64,000 nt of DNA from Macrostomum lignano (lineage: Eukaryota): NCBI GenBank assembly GCA_002269645.1, contig NIVC01000498.1:1-64000 (forward strand), read 5' to 3'. Shown one piece after another: positions 48,552 through 61,816 of this stretch. The position numbers and the translations under genes were made by a program. The stretch's first letter is position 1; every line of letters begins with the position of its first letter. The notes under the pieces were generated by a model, which did not search any database, was not told where the DNA came from, and worked only from the letters and a program-made list of their open reading frames with translations.

Positions 48552-50077
48552 ATGGCGTCTACAATCACCAAAAAGATTAAGGCTAAAATCTCTGGCCTGA
48601 AACTGGGCTACATGAATACAGCGGTTACTGGCCTTGTAACCGAGTTAAAGGAGATCAGGTCCTACATGAAGAACGATGTTCGAGGCGAAGTTTTTTCATT
48701 CGTCTTGGTGGACGACTCGGCTGAGATAAGAGTCAGCGTTTTCGGCAAGGAACTGTGGTCTATTTGGGAAGTTTGCAATACTTCCGATGCTGTTCGCATA
48801 TCCGGCGGAATGGTAAAGACTTCGGATCCGAGATACAACAGCACAAATAATCCTATGGAGGTGTCTCTTTCAGTTGACTCCAAGGGATCAATATATCGAA
48901 GCAATGAAGTTCCGACTGTTAGTGAACGGGCGTGTAACTATACGGGAATAAGCGACCTTCAAAACGTACGCCTGCAAGAGTGAGTTGCATTGTATCTATC
49001 TACTTGTATGTATTGTATAGACAGAAAGTATACAATATTATTTTATGAACAATAGACATAATAGTATAGAAAATGTGAATCGTGTAGCACTGTAGTGTAT
49101 GTTCGGCTTTTATAAATTATTTTGACTAGATTTGCAATCCATTCTATGCCTTCATTCCTTGATGTTGGCTAGACTAGCAGTCCATTATATTCATTCGGCT
49201 ATTGATGTAGGTAGGATTCAAATAAACTTCAAAAAACGTTTTGAGGTTTTAATAGACTTTTAAAACTGTCCCCTCTTTATTGCCTTTTAATAGAAATGTC
49301 GATGTCCTTGGAGCAATCGACACACTGCAGCCGCCCGAGGAATTCATGACGAAGGCTGGGAAGCGGATAAACGTAGCCAAACTGATTCTTGTTGACCAGT
49401 CCTGTCGTTCTGTCTCCTGCACGTTTTGGGGGTCGTCCTCCGATCAAGCTGTCAATTGGAGTGTCGGCGACATTTTGTCGATACGAGGAGCAAAAGTACA
49501 GGAGTACGCCGGCGCTGTTGTACTTGGATGTACTTGCTCTGAAGTTCGGCGGAACTCGGACGACACCGAGGTTACGACTTTGACTGACTGGTACACGAAT
49601 GCTAAGCAGAGCGATACCGAGTTTCAACCTCTGGGTGCTCCGTGTCCATCAGGCGCGGTTGGCGGCTCTTCTGACCAAAGGGGAAACAACAGGCGAGTTG
49701 TTATGCAACTACCGGTTTCGCACGAATCCTTCCGGGATGTAGACGAAATTGTCTTGGACTTTGGAGAAGGAATAAAGGTGCGCGTGTTCATTGTACATGT
49801 AACTTATTTAATGTTTAGTATCTTTCTGTAGTACAGATCTATGCACTCTAACTTACTACAGTATTGTATATTACTCGGTCAAGAATGTATAAAATTCTGT
49901 TTTAAGCAAACTTGTAAATTTTTATTCATTAATTATACCTTTCTACAGAAGCTATACAGACTGGTGCCGTCTGGTGAGAGCCAACTCGAGTCAACAGGAA
50001 TCGACTGGAGTACGCAGGCTGATGAAAGAAGCAGAATGTCATGCGAAGATTTCTCTGGCAGTTCAAGAAATCAGTGA
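48552..50077 (+). CDS. RPA70-like tandem OB-fold ssDNA-binding protein (346 aa, 3 exons, intact)
   Basis: Exons 48552-48979, 49294-49777 and 49949-50077 give 1041 nt open with GT-AG introns. GEVFSFVLVDDSAEIRVSVFG resembles RPA70 DBD-A; VDVLG...LVDQSCRSVSCTFWG...IRGAKVQEY...LTDWY resembles DBD-B. Confidence 0.85.
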
Positions 50078-50324
50078 GTTATTGAAGCACATGTGTTGAA
50101 AAGCCATCACAAGTAAATTTTAGCATGGAAAAAGAATTGCTACCTTGGCCCTACATGCTAAATTTCCTGCTGCATTGGCATTGGCATGAGTATGAAGTAC
50201 CTTTAGATTGGGTGCGTAAGTCGAAATTGGAGACTGAAATTTAGGATATGGGCAATTTAGGATATATAGGTAAAACTTAATTGTAGTTTTAATACCCCAA
50301 GAGTCTAGTCTAATAACATTCTAA

Positions 50325-50637
50325 GAATTTCTTTCATGGACATTCTGAGAATTTCAGGTAATAGGATTTCTGAGAATTTCAGCTAATGGGATTTGTGAAA
50401 ATGTCAGCTAATGGGATTTCTGAGAATGTCAGCTAATGGGATTTCTGAGAATGTCAGCTAATGGGAGTTCTGAGAATTTCAGCTAATGGGATTTCTGAGA
50501 ATGTCAGCTAATGGGATTTCTGAGAATTTTAGCTAATTGGATTTCTGAGAATGTCAGCTAATGGGATTTCTGAGAATGTCATCTAATGGGATTTCCGAGA
50601 ATTTCAGCTAATGGGAGTTCTGAGAATTTCAGCTATC
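50325..50637. repeat. 25-bp tandem repeat (gagaatgtcagctaatgggatttct), ~12 copies
   Basis: atgtcagcta at 50401, 50426 and 50451. Confidence 0.9.
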
Positions 50638-52508
50638 TTCATTAGAAAATTAAGGATGAGGTGTTACATTATCGGAGGGTGTATTTTTGCCATTGCCAAT
50701 GTTGATAGCAGGCTGGCTGCAGACGTGCTGGGCCTGACAGAGAGTTGGTTGAAATGGACATTTCGCTGCTTTGTATGTCCCTTGTAGATTTCTTCCACTC
50801 TAATACGTGGGCCAATCCAGAAGTTCATGGTAATTACGGGTGCATTTGTGCAGATTAAGGAACAGATTGTGTTATGTATGTCCGTTGGTTAGAGTGTGAA
50901 TTCTATTAATTTGTGAAATTATTGGACTCGTTTTCCAGGCAATATGGAAATTCAATCAATTAATGTTCTGATTGAGGGGTTGAACAGGAGATAGACGTAA
51001 TAGTTCGAAGGTAAAAGCTCAATAAGATTCCTGTCCGAAGCGATAGGAAAATTCTGATTAATATTCTGATTGAGGGGTTGAGCCAGAGAGCCTGGTAGTG
51101 CGGTGATCGAAGCTCAAACTAGCAGCTTTTGGTGGTGGGAGAAAATGTCTGATTGCATGACTTTTTGGAATGGCCCTCGTACATTCAAATGCAGCCAGAG
51201 GGGGTTTGAAGCAGCCTTTGCAAACCCCAGATAGTCTGTTGTGATGGCTTTTAACTCTGCCGAAGCCAGTCCCAAGCCTGGTTGCAAAAAGAGGAGGATT
51301 GCAAACTGTTCTTACATGCTCATTAGTATAATGCCTGAAATTTACATGCCCCAAGTGAATGCCTCTGTCCAGCTGTGCAGACTAAAGCAAGCCAACAAGT
51401 GGTAAGATTGACACCAATGAAAAATTCGTAACAGAATTTGTGCAATGGTACCATCTTGTTGGCGAAGCCTTCTGCAAAAACATCCTAATTCTTATCCTTT
51501 TATGACTTTGCAATTGTGAATATACAGAGTAAATAATTTATGACTTTGAAATTGTAAATATACAGAATAAATAAAACGACTACTTGCAGTTGATTGGGTT
51601 TATGAATTTGCTTTTGTAATTACAGTGCAGAGTTGTTCTTGTTCTTTGTCCGAGTACGCAGAGAAGAGGATTATTTGTTACTAATTAATGGGAGACTGCG
51701 CCCTAACTTGTGACTGTAGCTTAAGCATTTTAAAAAAGCTGCTTCTGTATTAAAAATTTAGAAAATTTTACTGAATATTTATTATCAGGCATTCTAATTT
51801 TTCGTTAGTTAGTTATACATTTAGTATTTTTAGTATATGGACTAGCAATCTAGCGCCCCCCTTCGGGGTGGCCAATAAGCAAGGGACGAATCCTTTAAAA
51901 TGAAAAGAATTCTTAGGGAGGGAGGCTAGTAATCGAATTCTCATTTTAATTCTGGGGCTTGTGTGCTAATAAAACATGCTTGTGTAGAATTTTAAAACTG
52001 ACAATTCATTCATACTTGCCTTCTTTCAAAGCAATAGCGTACTACTTCTGTAGCAGTGCAAGCAGTACGCTCGGCAATGGCTGGAAAAGCAGCTACAGCA
52101 AAAAATATTGTTACCCAAAAGCAACACAGTTGCCTATCATGCAGAGGCATCACTGGCATTAAACAACAATTCCTTCTTCACTTTTAAAAATCACATTATT
52201 CATGTAAAATTGTCACGGACAATGATATTTGCTATGAATCTTTTTTTTCTAAAATTAACAAACCGACAACAAAATATAGCTTTCACAAAGATAACAGAAA
52301 TTCCACCTAAATAGAAAATATTCCCAAGACAGCAAGTATCCCTCCAGATAGCAAGCACCCCCCTCCAAAATTAAGCAACAGCAGATAGCAAGCATCCCTT
52401 AATACACGTAGCAAGCTTCACCCAAGATAGCAAGCAACCTGCAGATTGCAAGAATCCATGAACAGCAAGCATCCCTGGATAGAAACAATCCCATACAAGT
52501 AGCCAAAC

Positions 52509-55500
52509 TTATCAAGTGCAGTAATCCTTGGTTTATCAAGTGCAGTAATCCTTGGTTTGCCAAGTGCAATAATCCTTGGCTTATCAAGAGCAATAATCCT
52601 TTGCTTATCAAGTGCAGTTATCCTTGGTTTATCAAGTGCAGTAATCCTTGGTTTATCGAGTGCAGTAATCCTAGGTTTGCCAAGTGCAATAATCCTTGGC
52701 TTATTAAGAGCAATAATCCTTGGCTTATCAAGATCGATATGTCTTGGTTTATCAAGTGCAGTAATCCTTGGCTTATCAAGCGCAGTAATCCTTGGTTTAT
52801 TACGAGCAATAATCCTTGGTTTATCAAGTGCAGTAATCCTTGGTTTGCCAAGTACAAAAATCCTTAGCTTATTAAGAGCAATAATCCTTGGCTTATTAGG
52901 AGCAGTAATCCTTGGTTTGCCAAGTGCAATAACCTTTAGCTTACTAAGAGCAATAATCCTTGGTTTATCAAGTGCAGTAATCCTTGTTTTATCAAGCGCA
53001 GTAATCCTTGATTTATTAAGAGCAATAATGATTGGTTTATCAAGTGCAGTAATCCTTGGTTTATCAAGCGCAGTAATCCTTGATTTGCCAAGCGCAGTAA
53101 TCCTTGGTTAACAAGTGCAGTAATCCTTGGTTTGCCAAGTGCAATAATCCTTAGCTTATTTAGACCGATAATTCTTGGTTTATCAAGTGCAGTAATTCTT
53201 GGCCTATCAAAAGAAATAATCCTTGGTTTATTAAGAGCAATATTCCTTGGTTTATCAAGTGCAGTAATCCTTGGTTAATCAAGTGCAGTATTCCTTGGCT
53301 TATCAAGCCCAATAATCATTAGCTTATTAAGAGCAATAATCCTTGGCTTATTAAGAGCAGTAATCCTTGGCTTATCAAGCGCAATAATCCTTGGTTTATC
53401 AAGCACAGTAATCCTTGTTTTATTGAGAGCAATTATCCTTAGCTTATTAAGAGCAATAATTCTTGGTTTATCAAGTGCAGTAATCCTTGGTTTATTAAGA
53501 GCAATAATCCTTGCTTTATTAAGTGCAGTAATCCTTGGTTTATCAAGCGCAGTAATCCTTGATTTGCCAAGCGCAGTAGTCCTTGGTTTATCAAGTGCAG
53601 TCATCCTTGGTTTGCCAAGTGCAATAATCCTTAGCTTATTTAGACCGATAATTCTTGGTTTATCAAGTGCAGTAATCCTTGGCTTATTAAACGAAGTAAT
53701 CTTTGGTTTATTAAGAACAATAATCCTTGGTTTATCAAGTGCAGTAATCCTTGGTTAATCAAGTGCAGTATTCCTTGGCTTATCAAGCGCAATAATCCTT
53801 AGCTTATTAAGAGCAATAATCCTTGGCTTATTAAGAGCAGTAATCTTTGGCTTATCAAGCGCAGTAATCCTTGGTTTATTAAGAGCAATAATCCTTGGTT
53901 TATCAAGTGCAGAATCCTTGGTTTACCAAGTGCAATAATCCTTGGCTTATTAAAAGCTATAATCCTAGGCTTATTAAGAGCAATAATCCTTGGTTTATCA
54001 AGTGCAATAATCCTTGGTTTATCAAGCACAATAATCCTTGTTTTATTGAGAGCAATTATCCTTAGCTTATTTAGAGCAATAATTCTTGGTTTACCAAGTG
54101 CAGTAATCCTTGACTTATCAAGCGCAGTAATCCTTGGTTTGCCAAGTGCAATAATCCTTGGCTTATTAGAGCGATAATTCTTGGTTTATCAAGTGCAGTA
54201 ATCCTTGGCTTATTAAACGAAGTAATCTTTGGTTTATTAAGAACAATAATCCTTGGTTTATCAAGTGCAATAATTCTTGGTTTACCAAGTGCAGTAATCC
54301 TTGGCTTATCAAGCGCAGTAATCCTTGGTTTGCCAAGTGCAATAATCCTTGGCTTATTAGAGCGATAATTCTTGGTTTATCAAGTGCAGTAATCCTTGGC
54401 TTATCAAGCGCAGTAATCCTTTGTTTGCCATTTGCAATAATCCTTAGCTTATTTAGAGCGATAATTCTTGGTTTATCAATTGCAGTAATCCTTGGCTTAT
54501 CAAGCGCAGTAATCCTTGGTTTATTAAGAGCAATAATCCCTGGTTTATCAAGTGCAGTAATTCTTGGTTTATCAAGTGCAGTAATCCTTGGTTTGCCAAG
54601 TGCAATAATCCTTGGCTTATTAAAAGCGATAATCCTTGGCTTATTAAGAGCAAGAATCCTTGGTTTATCAAGTGCAATAATTCTTGGTTTATCAAGCGCA
54701 GTAATCCTTGGCCTATAAAGCGAAAAAATCCTTAGCTTATTATGAGAAATATTCCTTGGTTTATCAAGTGCAGTAATTTTTGGTTTATCAAGTGCAGTAA
54801 TTTTTGCTTTATCAAGTGCAGTAATCCTTGGTTTATCAAGTGCAGTAATCCTTGGTTTGCAAAGTACAAAAATCCTTAGCTTATTAAGAGCAATAATCTT
54901 TGGCTTATCAGGAGCAGTAATCCTTGGTTTGCCAAGTGCAATAACCCTTAGCTTATTAAGAGCAATAATCCTTGGTTTATTAAGTGCAGTAATCCTTGGT
55001 TTATCAAGCGCAGTAATCCTTGGTTTATTAGGAGCAATAATTCTTGGTTTATTAAGTGCAGTAATCCTTGGTTTATCAAGTGCAGTGATCCTTGATTTGC
55101 CAAGCGCAGTAATCCTTGGTTTATCAAGTGCAGTAATCCTTGGTTTGCCAAGTGCAATAATCCTTAGCTTATTAAGAGCGATAATTCTTGGTTTATCAAG
55201 TGCAGTAATCCTTGGCCTATCAAACGAAGTAATCCTTGGTTTATTAAGAGCAATAATCCTTGCTTTATCAAGTGCAGTAATCCTTGGTTAATCAAGTGCA
55301 GTGTTCCTTGGCTTATCAAGCGCAGTAATCCTTGGTTTATTAAGAGCAATAATCCTTGGTTTTTCAAGTGCAGTAATCCTTGGTTTGCCAAGTGCAATAA
55401 TCCTTGGCTTATCAAAAGTGATAATCCTTGGCTTATTAAGAGCAATAATCCTTGGTTTATTAAGTGCAGTAATCCTTGGCTTATCAAGCGCAGTAATCCT

Positions 55501-56260
55501 TGGTTTATTAAGAGCAATAATCCCTGGTTTATCAAGTGCAGTAATCCTTGGTTTATCAAGTGCAGTAATCCTTGGTTTGCCAAGTGCAATAATCCTTGGC
55601 TTATTAAAAGCGATAACCCTTAGCTTATTAAGAGCAATAATCCTTGGTTTATTAAGTGCAGTAATCCTTGGTTTATCAAGCGCAGTAATCCTTGGTTTAT
55701 TAAGAGCAATAATTCTTGGTTTATCAAGTGCAGTAATCCTTGGTTTATCAAGTGCAGTAATCCTTGATTTGCCAAGCGCAGTAATCCTTGGTTTATCAAG
55801 TGCAGTAATCCTTGGTTTGCCAAGTGCAATAATCCTTAGCTTATTAAGAGCGATAATTCTTGGTTTATCAAGTGCAGTAATCCTTGGTTTGCCAAGTGCA
55901 ATAATCCTTAGCTTATTAAGAGCGATAATTCTTGGTTTATCAAGTGCAGTAATCCTTGGCCTATCAAACGAAGTAATCCTTGGTTTATTAAGAGCAATAA
56001 TCCTTGCTTTATCAAGTGCAGTAATCCTTGGTTAATCAAGTGCAGTGTTCCTTGGCTTATCAAGCGCAGTAATCCTTGGTTTATTAAGAGCAATAATCCT
56101 TGGTTTTTCAAGTGCAGTAATCCTTGGTTTGCCAAGTGCAATAATCCTTGGCTTATCAAAAGTGATAATCCTTGGCTTATTAAGAGCAATAATCCTTGGT
56201 TTATCAAGTGCAATAATCCGTGGTTTATCAGGTGCAGTAGGTTTATCAAGTGCAGTAATC
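52509..56260. repeat. 24-bp satellite array (ttatcaagtgcagtaatccttggt), ~155 units, with a 744-bp higher-order duplication
   Basis: atcaag at 52511 and 52535; the rare variant tgcagtgttccttggc at ~55297 and ~56041 is 744 bp (31 units) apart. Confidence 0.95.
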
Positions 56261-56325
56261 TAAAGGTTTTTAATTAGTCTTTTAATAAAAGCTTTCAATA
56301 AAAAAATTACTACATTACTACTTTT

Positions 56326-56395
56326 ACACTACTTAGATTCGAACCCTGGTCGCTACATTAGCAGTCCAGTCTATTCAGCTCTAGGCTAGCTCTCA
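56326..56395 (-). other. tRNA-derived remnant (SINE-head-like)
   Basis: A-box-like TAGCCTAGAGCTG, GGACTGCTAAT (resembles the tRNA-Ser GCT anticodon arm) and B-box GGTTCGAATC; no complete cloverleaf. Confidence 0.5.
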
Positions 56396-58024
56396 TTGAA
56401 GTTATAAATGAATTTGTAGCACTTATATAATTCAATACTCACACCAAGTCAATTGAGTAAAAGTTACACAAAGCAGTTATGACATAATCAATTTCTTAGG
56501 CAAGTCAGTACCAGTCTCTATTAAAGTTAGCATTGTGGTTACGCAATATGAATCAAGTATTGTGCTATGCTTCCACATTCAATCTTGTGACGCAATTCAA
56601 TTGAGTGTCAAAATTCAGCCAGTACACAGACAATAAATAAAAAGCCTATTGTGATGCAATCTATTTCAGAATCAGAATTCAACCCGTCAGTTTTTTCTCT
56701 AGCAATCTTACAACGCATTTCAAGTCGAAAGAGCTGCTTGACCTTTGCAAAAAAGCATGTTTTTCGAATATTTAATCCCTTTAATATTGAGAAATTTCTT
56801 AGCCAAGATGCATGTACCGTCCCAGGAAAATTTCTGATCGAACAGTGCAAGTTCGAAGGAAATCGGTCAAGCCATTCAGGAGAAAATCGATTTCGTACAA
56901 GCAAGCAAGCAAGATTTTCATTTTTAGTATATGGATTATGGACATTCAAACATACAAACCTTAGAGATTTAGTATATTTAGATTGTTGGATTACTTTAAA
57001 TGCAGGTTTGGGCGTGTGATCAATCTGGTGGCTGTAGGTTGCAGTGTTTTACTTCAAGTACATTTAGCACGAGCGTAATATGTTTGTTCTATTAGTTTTC
57101 GCCAATGACTGCGCCCCTCTCCACCGGCTGGGGCGCAAATGAAAAAGTTATTCCGACAGTGTACATTGCTAAATACACGGGCGTGTCTCCCCGGCCTGGG
57201 GGAATGGGTAGGCGTAGCTATATGACAGTACAGTCTTGTCAGGTGGCTAGAAAAGTTTGGTTGAGAAATTTTTACCAAGCCTCTTCACTCAGGCACCAAC
57301 GAACTCGAATTTAATCCAAGCACAGTACATGCTACATGTATGCACACTGGAATATGCCGCCTACCCCAATGATCTGGGGTAATGAGTGAGTGAGAGTGGC
57401 CCATTGCCAGAAAAACCTATAATAGCGTCCATATCCATAGAGACCATAGCGAACAAATTTGTAAACAGACAGAAAGCTGGGTTCGTTTTTACATTTTAAA
57501 TATATACATTAATCACACACTCGTGTTTCCGCAGATAAGCCTTAACCTCTTAATCAAGTGGAGTTAAAGATATCGATGATGAATTTAGTCTACGAGTCGC
57601 ACAGTTATATTGCATCAGTTAACCAGAGTGAGTCCATGTATTTCAAAGTTGCATGATATGCAAAATGGGTCAAGCAAAGTCGTAAAATAACTTAAATGAA
57701 AAACTGCTAGAAAACTACAAGTTCCTAGAGTTAAGTTAATGAAATTAAAATTGCATTTTAATTACCCTGTGAGTGAATAAAGATGAAAAGGGTTGGGGCA
57801 CTTGCAAACTGCAAGAAAGAACTGTAGCTAAAAGGAAATTAGGCTGTGCGAAAATATTTGCAATTTGAGTTGCAAAAAAGTACAAAAGTACAAAATCTAA
57901 ATTACGGAAACAATAACTTTAAGCAAGTAGAACCAATTAATGTAAGTCATTTGTACCAGGCAATATCCACTATCAAATAACCACACTGGTTTCAATGACA
58001 ATAACATTCTAATTCCAATTCCAG

Positions 58025-58363
58025 TGCAACGCCAGTGACGCCTCTGTATGATAGGCAACTGTGTTGCCTTTGGGTAACAATATTTTTTGCTGTAGCTGCT
58101 TTTCCAGTCGTTGCAGAGCGTACTGCTTGCACCGCGACACCTGGAGCCCCGCTACAGAAGTAGTACGTTTGCTCTGAAAGAAGGCAAGTTTGGTTGAATT
58201 TGTCAGTTTGAAAATTCTACACAAGCACGTTTTATTGGTACATAAGCCCCAGAATTAAAATGAGAATTTGATTCCTAGCCCCCCCCCCCTAAGAATTATT
58301 TTCATTTTAAAGGATTCGTCCCTTGCTTATTGGCCACCCCGAAGGGGGGCGCTAGATTGCTAG
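58025..58363 (+). mobile_element. Helitron 3' end (hairpin plus CTAG|T), inserted in Gypsy pol
   Basis: Inverted homolog of 51842-52162; ends ggccaccccgaaggggggcgctagattgctag|t. Confidence 0.75.
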
Positions 58364-59420
58364 TTCAACACTGCCAATGCTGAGTGTTTGCCCCTGTCCG
58401 GGTCCAAGAAGTCGAGATAATGCATCGGATTTCACCAGGCCAGACCTATGATACTGTATAGTGAAGTCATACGCCATCAGGAGAATGGCCCAGCGCTGCA
58501 GCCGTGCTGATACTCGTGCTGGTAACTCTTGGTCTGGTCCAAATACATAAGTGAGCGGACGATGGTCGGTTATCAAAGTGAAATGCCTCCCTGCCAGGAA
58601 CCTGTGACACCTTTGTACTGCCCATACATTTGCAAGTGCCTCTCGCTCAATCTGGGAATATTTGCGTTCCGCTTCCGAGAGTAGCTTGCTCACGTACAAG
58701 ACTGGACAATTTTTCTGCATGAGAACTCCACCGATACCTTTCTGTGATGCGTCACATTCTAGCATAGTATGCTTTGCTGGGTCAAAATTGGCTAGGGCCG
58801 ACTCTTCCGTTAGCATGGTCTTCAATTTTTCTAGCGCTGCTTCCTGCTCCGAAGTCCAGACGAAGTCACCTTTCCGATTTAGCACACGAGTCAACGGCTC
58901 TAGCAATTCCAATAGATTACGAATGAACCTGCCACTAAACTTGATGAGACCAATAAGCGACTGCAGCTCAGCCATGTTGGTTGGAGCGGACATCTTCCCT
59001 GAAGCCTCACACCTTCTCCGGATCCGGGCGGATAAGGCCGTCCTCCAGTACGCAGCCTAGGAATCGCACCTTTCGCTGAGAGATTTGGCACTTCCTGTCG
59101 TTTATTTTGAGATTGTGCTGCTGAAGCCTCGCTCTGACCAGCGCTTCCCTTTGTTTCAACTGCTCCTTAGTCTGGCCGCCAATCAGCATGTCATCAATAT
59201 AGGCTACGGCTCCTTCAATTTCCTGCACGACCTGTGTGATATATCTTTGAAATATTCTGGCCGCTGTAGTGATGTTTATGTGATTTACGCTGTAGATGTT
59301 TTCATCCGGCTTTGGCACAACTACTATTGGAGATGCCCAATCCGAAAACTGCACGGGTGTAATCATTCCCTTAGACAACAACTTGTCTATTTCTGCTTTC
59401 AACAGGTCCTTATAGGCGAA
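58364..59420 (-). pseudogene. Gypsy pol fragment (partial RT plus RNase H)
   Basis: WASPIVVVPKP, AYIDDMLIGG, RPDPEKV; LECDASQKGIGGVL, YSQIEREAL, TDHRPL, RLQRWAILL; internal deletion in RT. Confidence 0.92.
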
Positions 59421-59705
59421 TAGTTATAAAAGGAAACAATCTGCTTGTAATTAGACTCAATTTCTCTGCGAGCTATGTTTGTCTGTTAGTTGTCTAAGTG
59501 TAAACTTTGTCGAGAGGCGGAATAGCAAAATCGAAAGCAGTAAATGCCACCAAAGAAGAGGCGAACTCACCGCTGTCATTGGGACCTAATATTAAGTCTT
59601 ATTAATTAATATACTGTAACATCCAAACTTTTGATTATGCAAGATAAACTCAGTATTATTATTAAGCAAACGTTTATCTTCTATCTTCTTCTATCTTCTT
59701 TCTAT

Positions 59706-60220
59706 TCTAAATCTACTAAATCTCTAAGGTTTATATGTTTGAATGAATGAATTAATGAGTGAATTAATGTCCATAGCGCTCTAGAGCTCGCAATTCTTGA
59801 CCGATTTTTTTCAAACTTGCACTATTCGATCAGAAATTCTAGCGAATCAGTACAGTTCTCTTGGCTAAGAGATTGCTCGATGTTAAAGGGATTCAATCTT
59901 CTTTCTAGATCTACTAAATTTCTAAGGTTTGTTTGTTTGAATGAATAAGTGAATGAATGTCCATAACGCTCTAGAGCTCGCAATTCTTGACTGATTTTCT
60001 TCAAGCTTGCACTATTCGATCAGAAATTCTTGCGAATCGGTACAGTTCTCTTAGCTAAGAGATTGCTCGATGCTTAAGGGATTAAATATTCGAAAACATG
60101 ATTTTTTGCTAAGGTCAAGCAGCTCTTTCGACTTAAAATGCATTGCAAGAATGCTAGAGAAAAAACTGACTAGCTGAATTCTGATTCCGAAATAGATTGC
60201 ATCACAACAATTTAAAAACA
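59706..60220 (+). mobile_element. Helitron 5' end, tandemly duplicated (198-bp offset)
   Basis: tcta(a/g)atctactaaat(c/t)tctaaggtt...gaatgaatgaat...gatttt...aacttgcactattcgatcag at 59706 and 59904; same family as the minus-strand copies at ~56650-56982 and ~46430-46520. Confidence 0.7.
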
Positions 60221-60672
60221 GTGTGAAAGTAAAAGACTGAAATAGCGTAATCATATTTTTAACTTTATTAGACCTTTTCTGACTGCCTGCGTAACTGATT
60301 ATGTCATAGCTGCTTCCTACAGTGAGAAGACAGTTAAAATTTCTTGTATCTGCTTCAATGCTAAAGGTATTAAATATTCGAAAAAACGAGTTTTCCCTAT
60401 GCTTTTAATGGGAGGCCAAACCAGGTTGAATTCTTGATTGGCTGAATTTCAATTCCAATTATAATTAATTGCACCACAACTTTTTTCTTTTCACTGGCTG
60501 CACTGTGCAAGGAAAGAAAAAATGCAGTGGCTGCGTGTGTACATTTTGACGCTGGCTGACTGGCGGACTGCATAGACAATTGCTATTTATAGATTTCATT
60601 CAACTGTGCACTGGATCTGCCGAAGTACCAAAGCATATATGGCTGAGCTGATTTTATCGCCCCCGATCAATA

Positions 60673-60750
60673 GGCGGAGTAGCCGCGCTGTAGGCTCTAG
60701 GACTAGGTTTAAGCTAGGCGTAAGGTCAAAGGTTCGAGTCTGCCTCGCTG
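60673..60750 (+). other. tRNA-derived remnant (SINE-head-like)
   Basis: A-box-like TAGCCGCGCTG and B-box GGTTCGAGTC. Confidence 0.45.
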
Positions 60751-61816
60751 GCGGATAATTAAAATTAAATTAATTCATTCATTTGTAACTTGTGCCTCGA
60801 CTAATTGGAACATTTTTTATTAATTTTAATTGAATTTTTTTATTAAGTAGCAATTATTTTTTTGCTACTCGGGACAAGCCACCAAGCAAGAAAGCAGAAC
60901 AGGATAATTTCTATTATATCTAAGTAATAGTGCTCGTGCATAAGGGAGAGAAAAATACGAAAGCTACATACATGGACTATATAATTATCTTGTTACAGGA
61001 TTTATAGGAGCCATTTCTACATGGTACCATTGCAGAGATTACTCTCCCCTCGCTTCGCTGCAAAACTTTTGATTCCACCGACGTCGGTCCACTTTTTGGT
61101 ATATTTAGAATCTTCCCGCTGATCGAAAATCTAAATCTACAGAAGAAAACTGAAATCTAAATATACGAAAAATAATATACCTAATATTCCAAAACGATAT
61201 CTAATCCAATAAACAAGAATACAATTTTAGTAAGGTAGCACAAATTTTATATTGGATATTTCAAAACGCTCAATTAAAATAATTTAAACTAATAAAACAA
61301 TTAATAGTAGTCGGTAAAGTTTTAAAGGCCCATTCAACCTGTCATCAAACGATTCTATTTTGGTGTACATTTATCTCTTCACTGTGTATAGGCCCCAATA
61401 CTGGCTAATTGGAGAAAGCTCTTGCAATCTGGGCCAGTGCCTTTACTCAGCCTACCGTCAGTTGGGGTGGTTGTTGGAGATAAGCACAGGCATGCATACA
61501 TTTCCTGTCCTAAAATAATGCATATTGACTTGGCTAGCTGAATGAATGCTAATGGCCAATCAGAATTGGATTATTCTACCCTATTTGTAGACTACAACTT
61601 ACGCAAATTTGTACACACGGGAGCGCAGTTGTTGTAGAGCTAAAAATCAATAGCTTTATTAAAGTCTGAACTGGGTTCTGTCAAGTGCAGTGCTTCTTCG
61701 AAAATTTTCTCCAGACCCAAGTTTTTAAAAAACTTTCCTATTGATCTTTTTTTATTTGTAAACTATACTGCTAAATTTATTGAATTAGCTATTCTGTTAT
61801 TTTTTCAACGCAATTA

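Larger units (their letters stand above)
51842..56982 (-). mobile_element. Non-autonomous Helitron containing a satellite array
   Basis: 5' end A|TCTAAATATACTAAATCTCTAAGG at 56982, homologous to plus-strand copies at 59706 and 59904; 3' end is a CCCC-GAA-GGGG hairpin then GCTAGATTGCTAG|T at 51842. Confidence 0.7.

Noticed and set aside
50640-51400. Possible decayed LINE 3' fragment (RLSGVCKGCFKPPLAAFE)
   Set aside because: Only a faint resemblance to the RT thumb region; no catalytic motif or tail.
52399-56263. Long Leu-rich ORFs (LSSAVILG)n and (LHLINQG)n as LRR or membrane proteins
   Set aside because: They are translations of a 24-bp satellite and are broken at random by indels and stops.
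56326-60750. Two tRNA-like segments as functional tRNA genes
   Set aside because: A and B boxes are present but acceptor and anticodon stems do not pair properly; kept only as tRNA-derived remnants.
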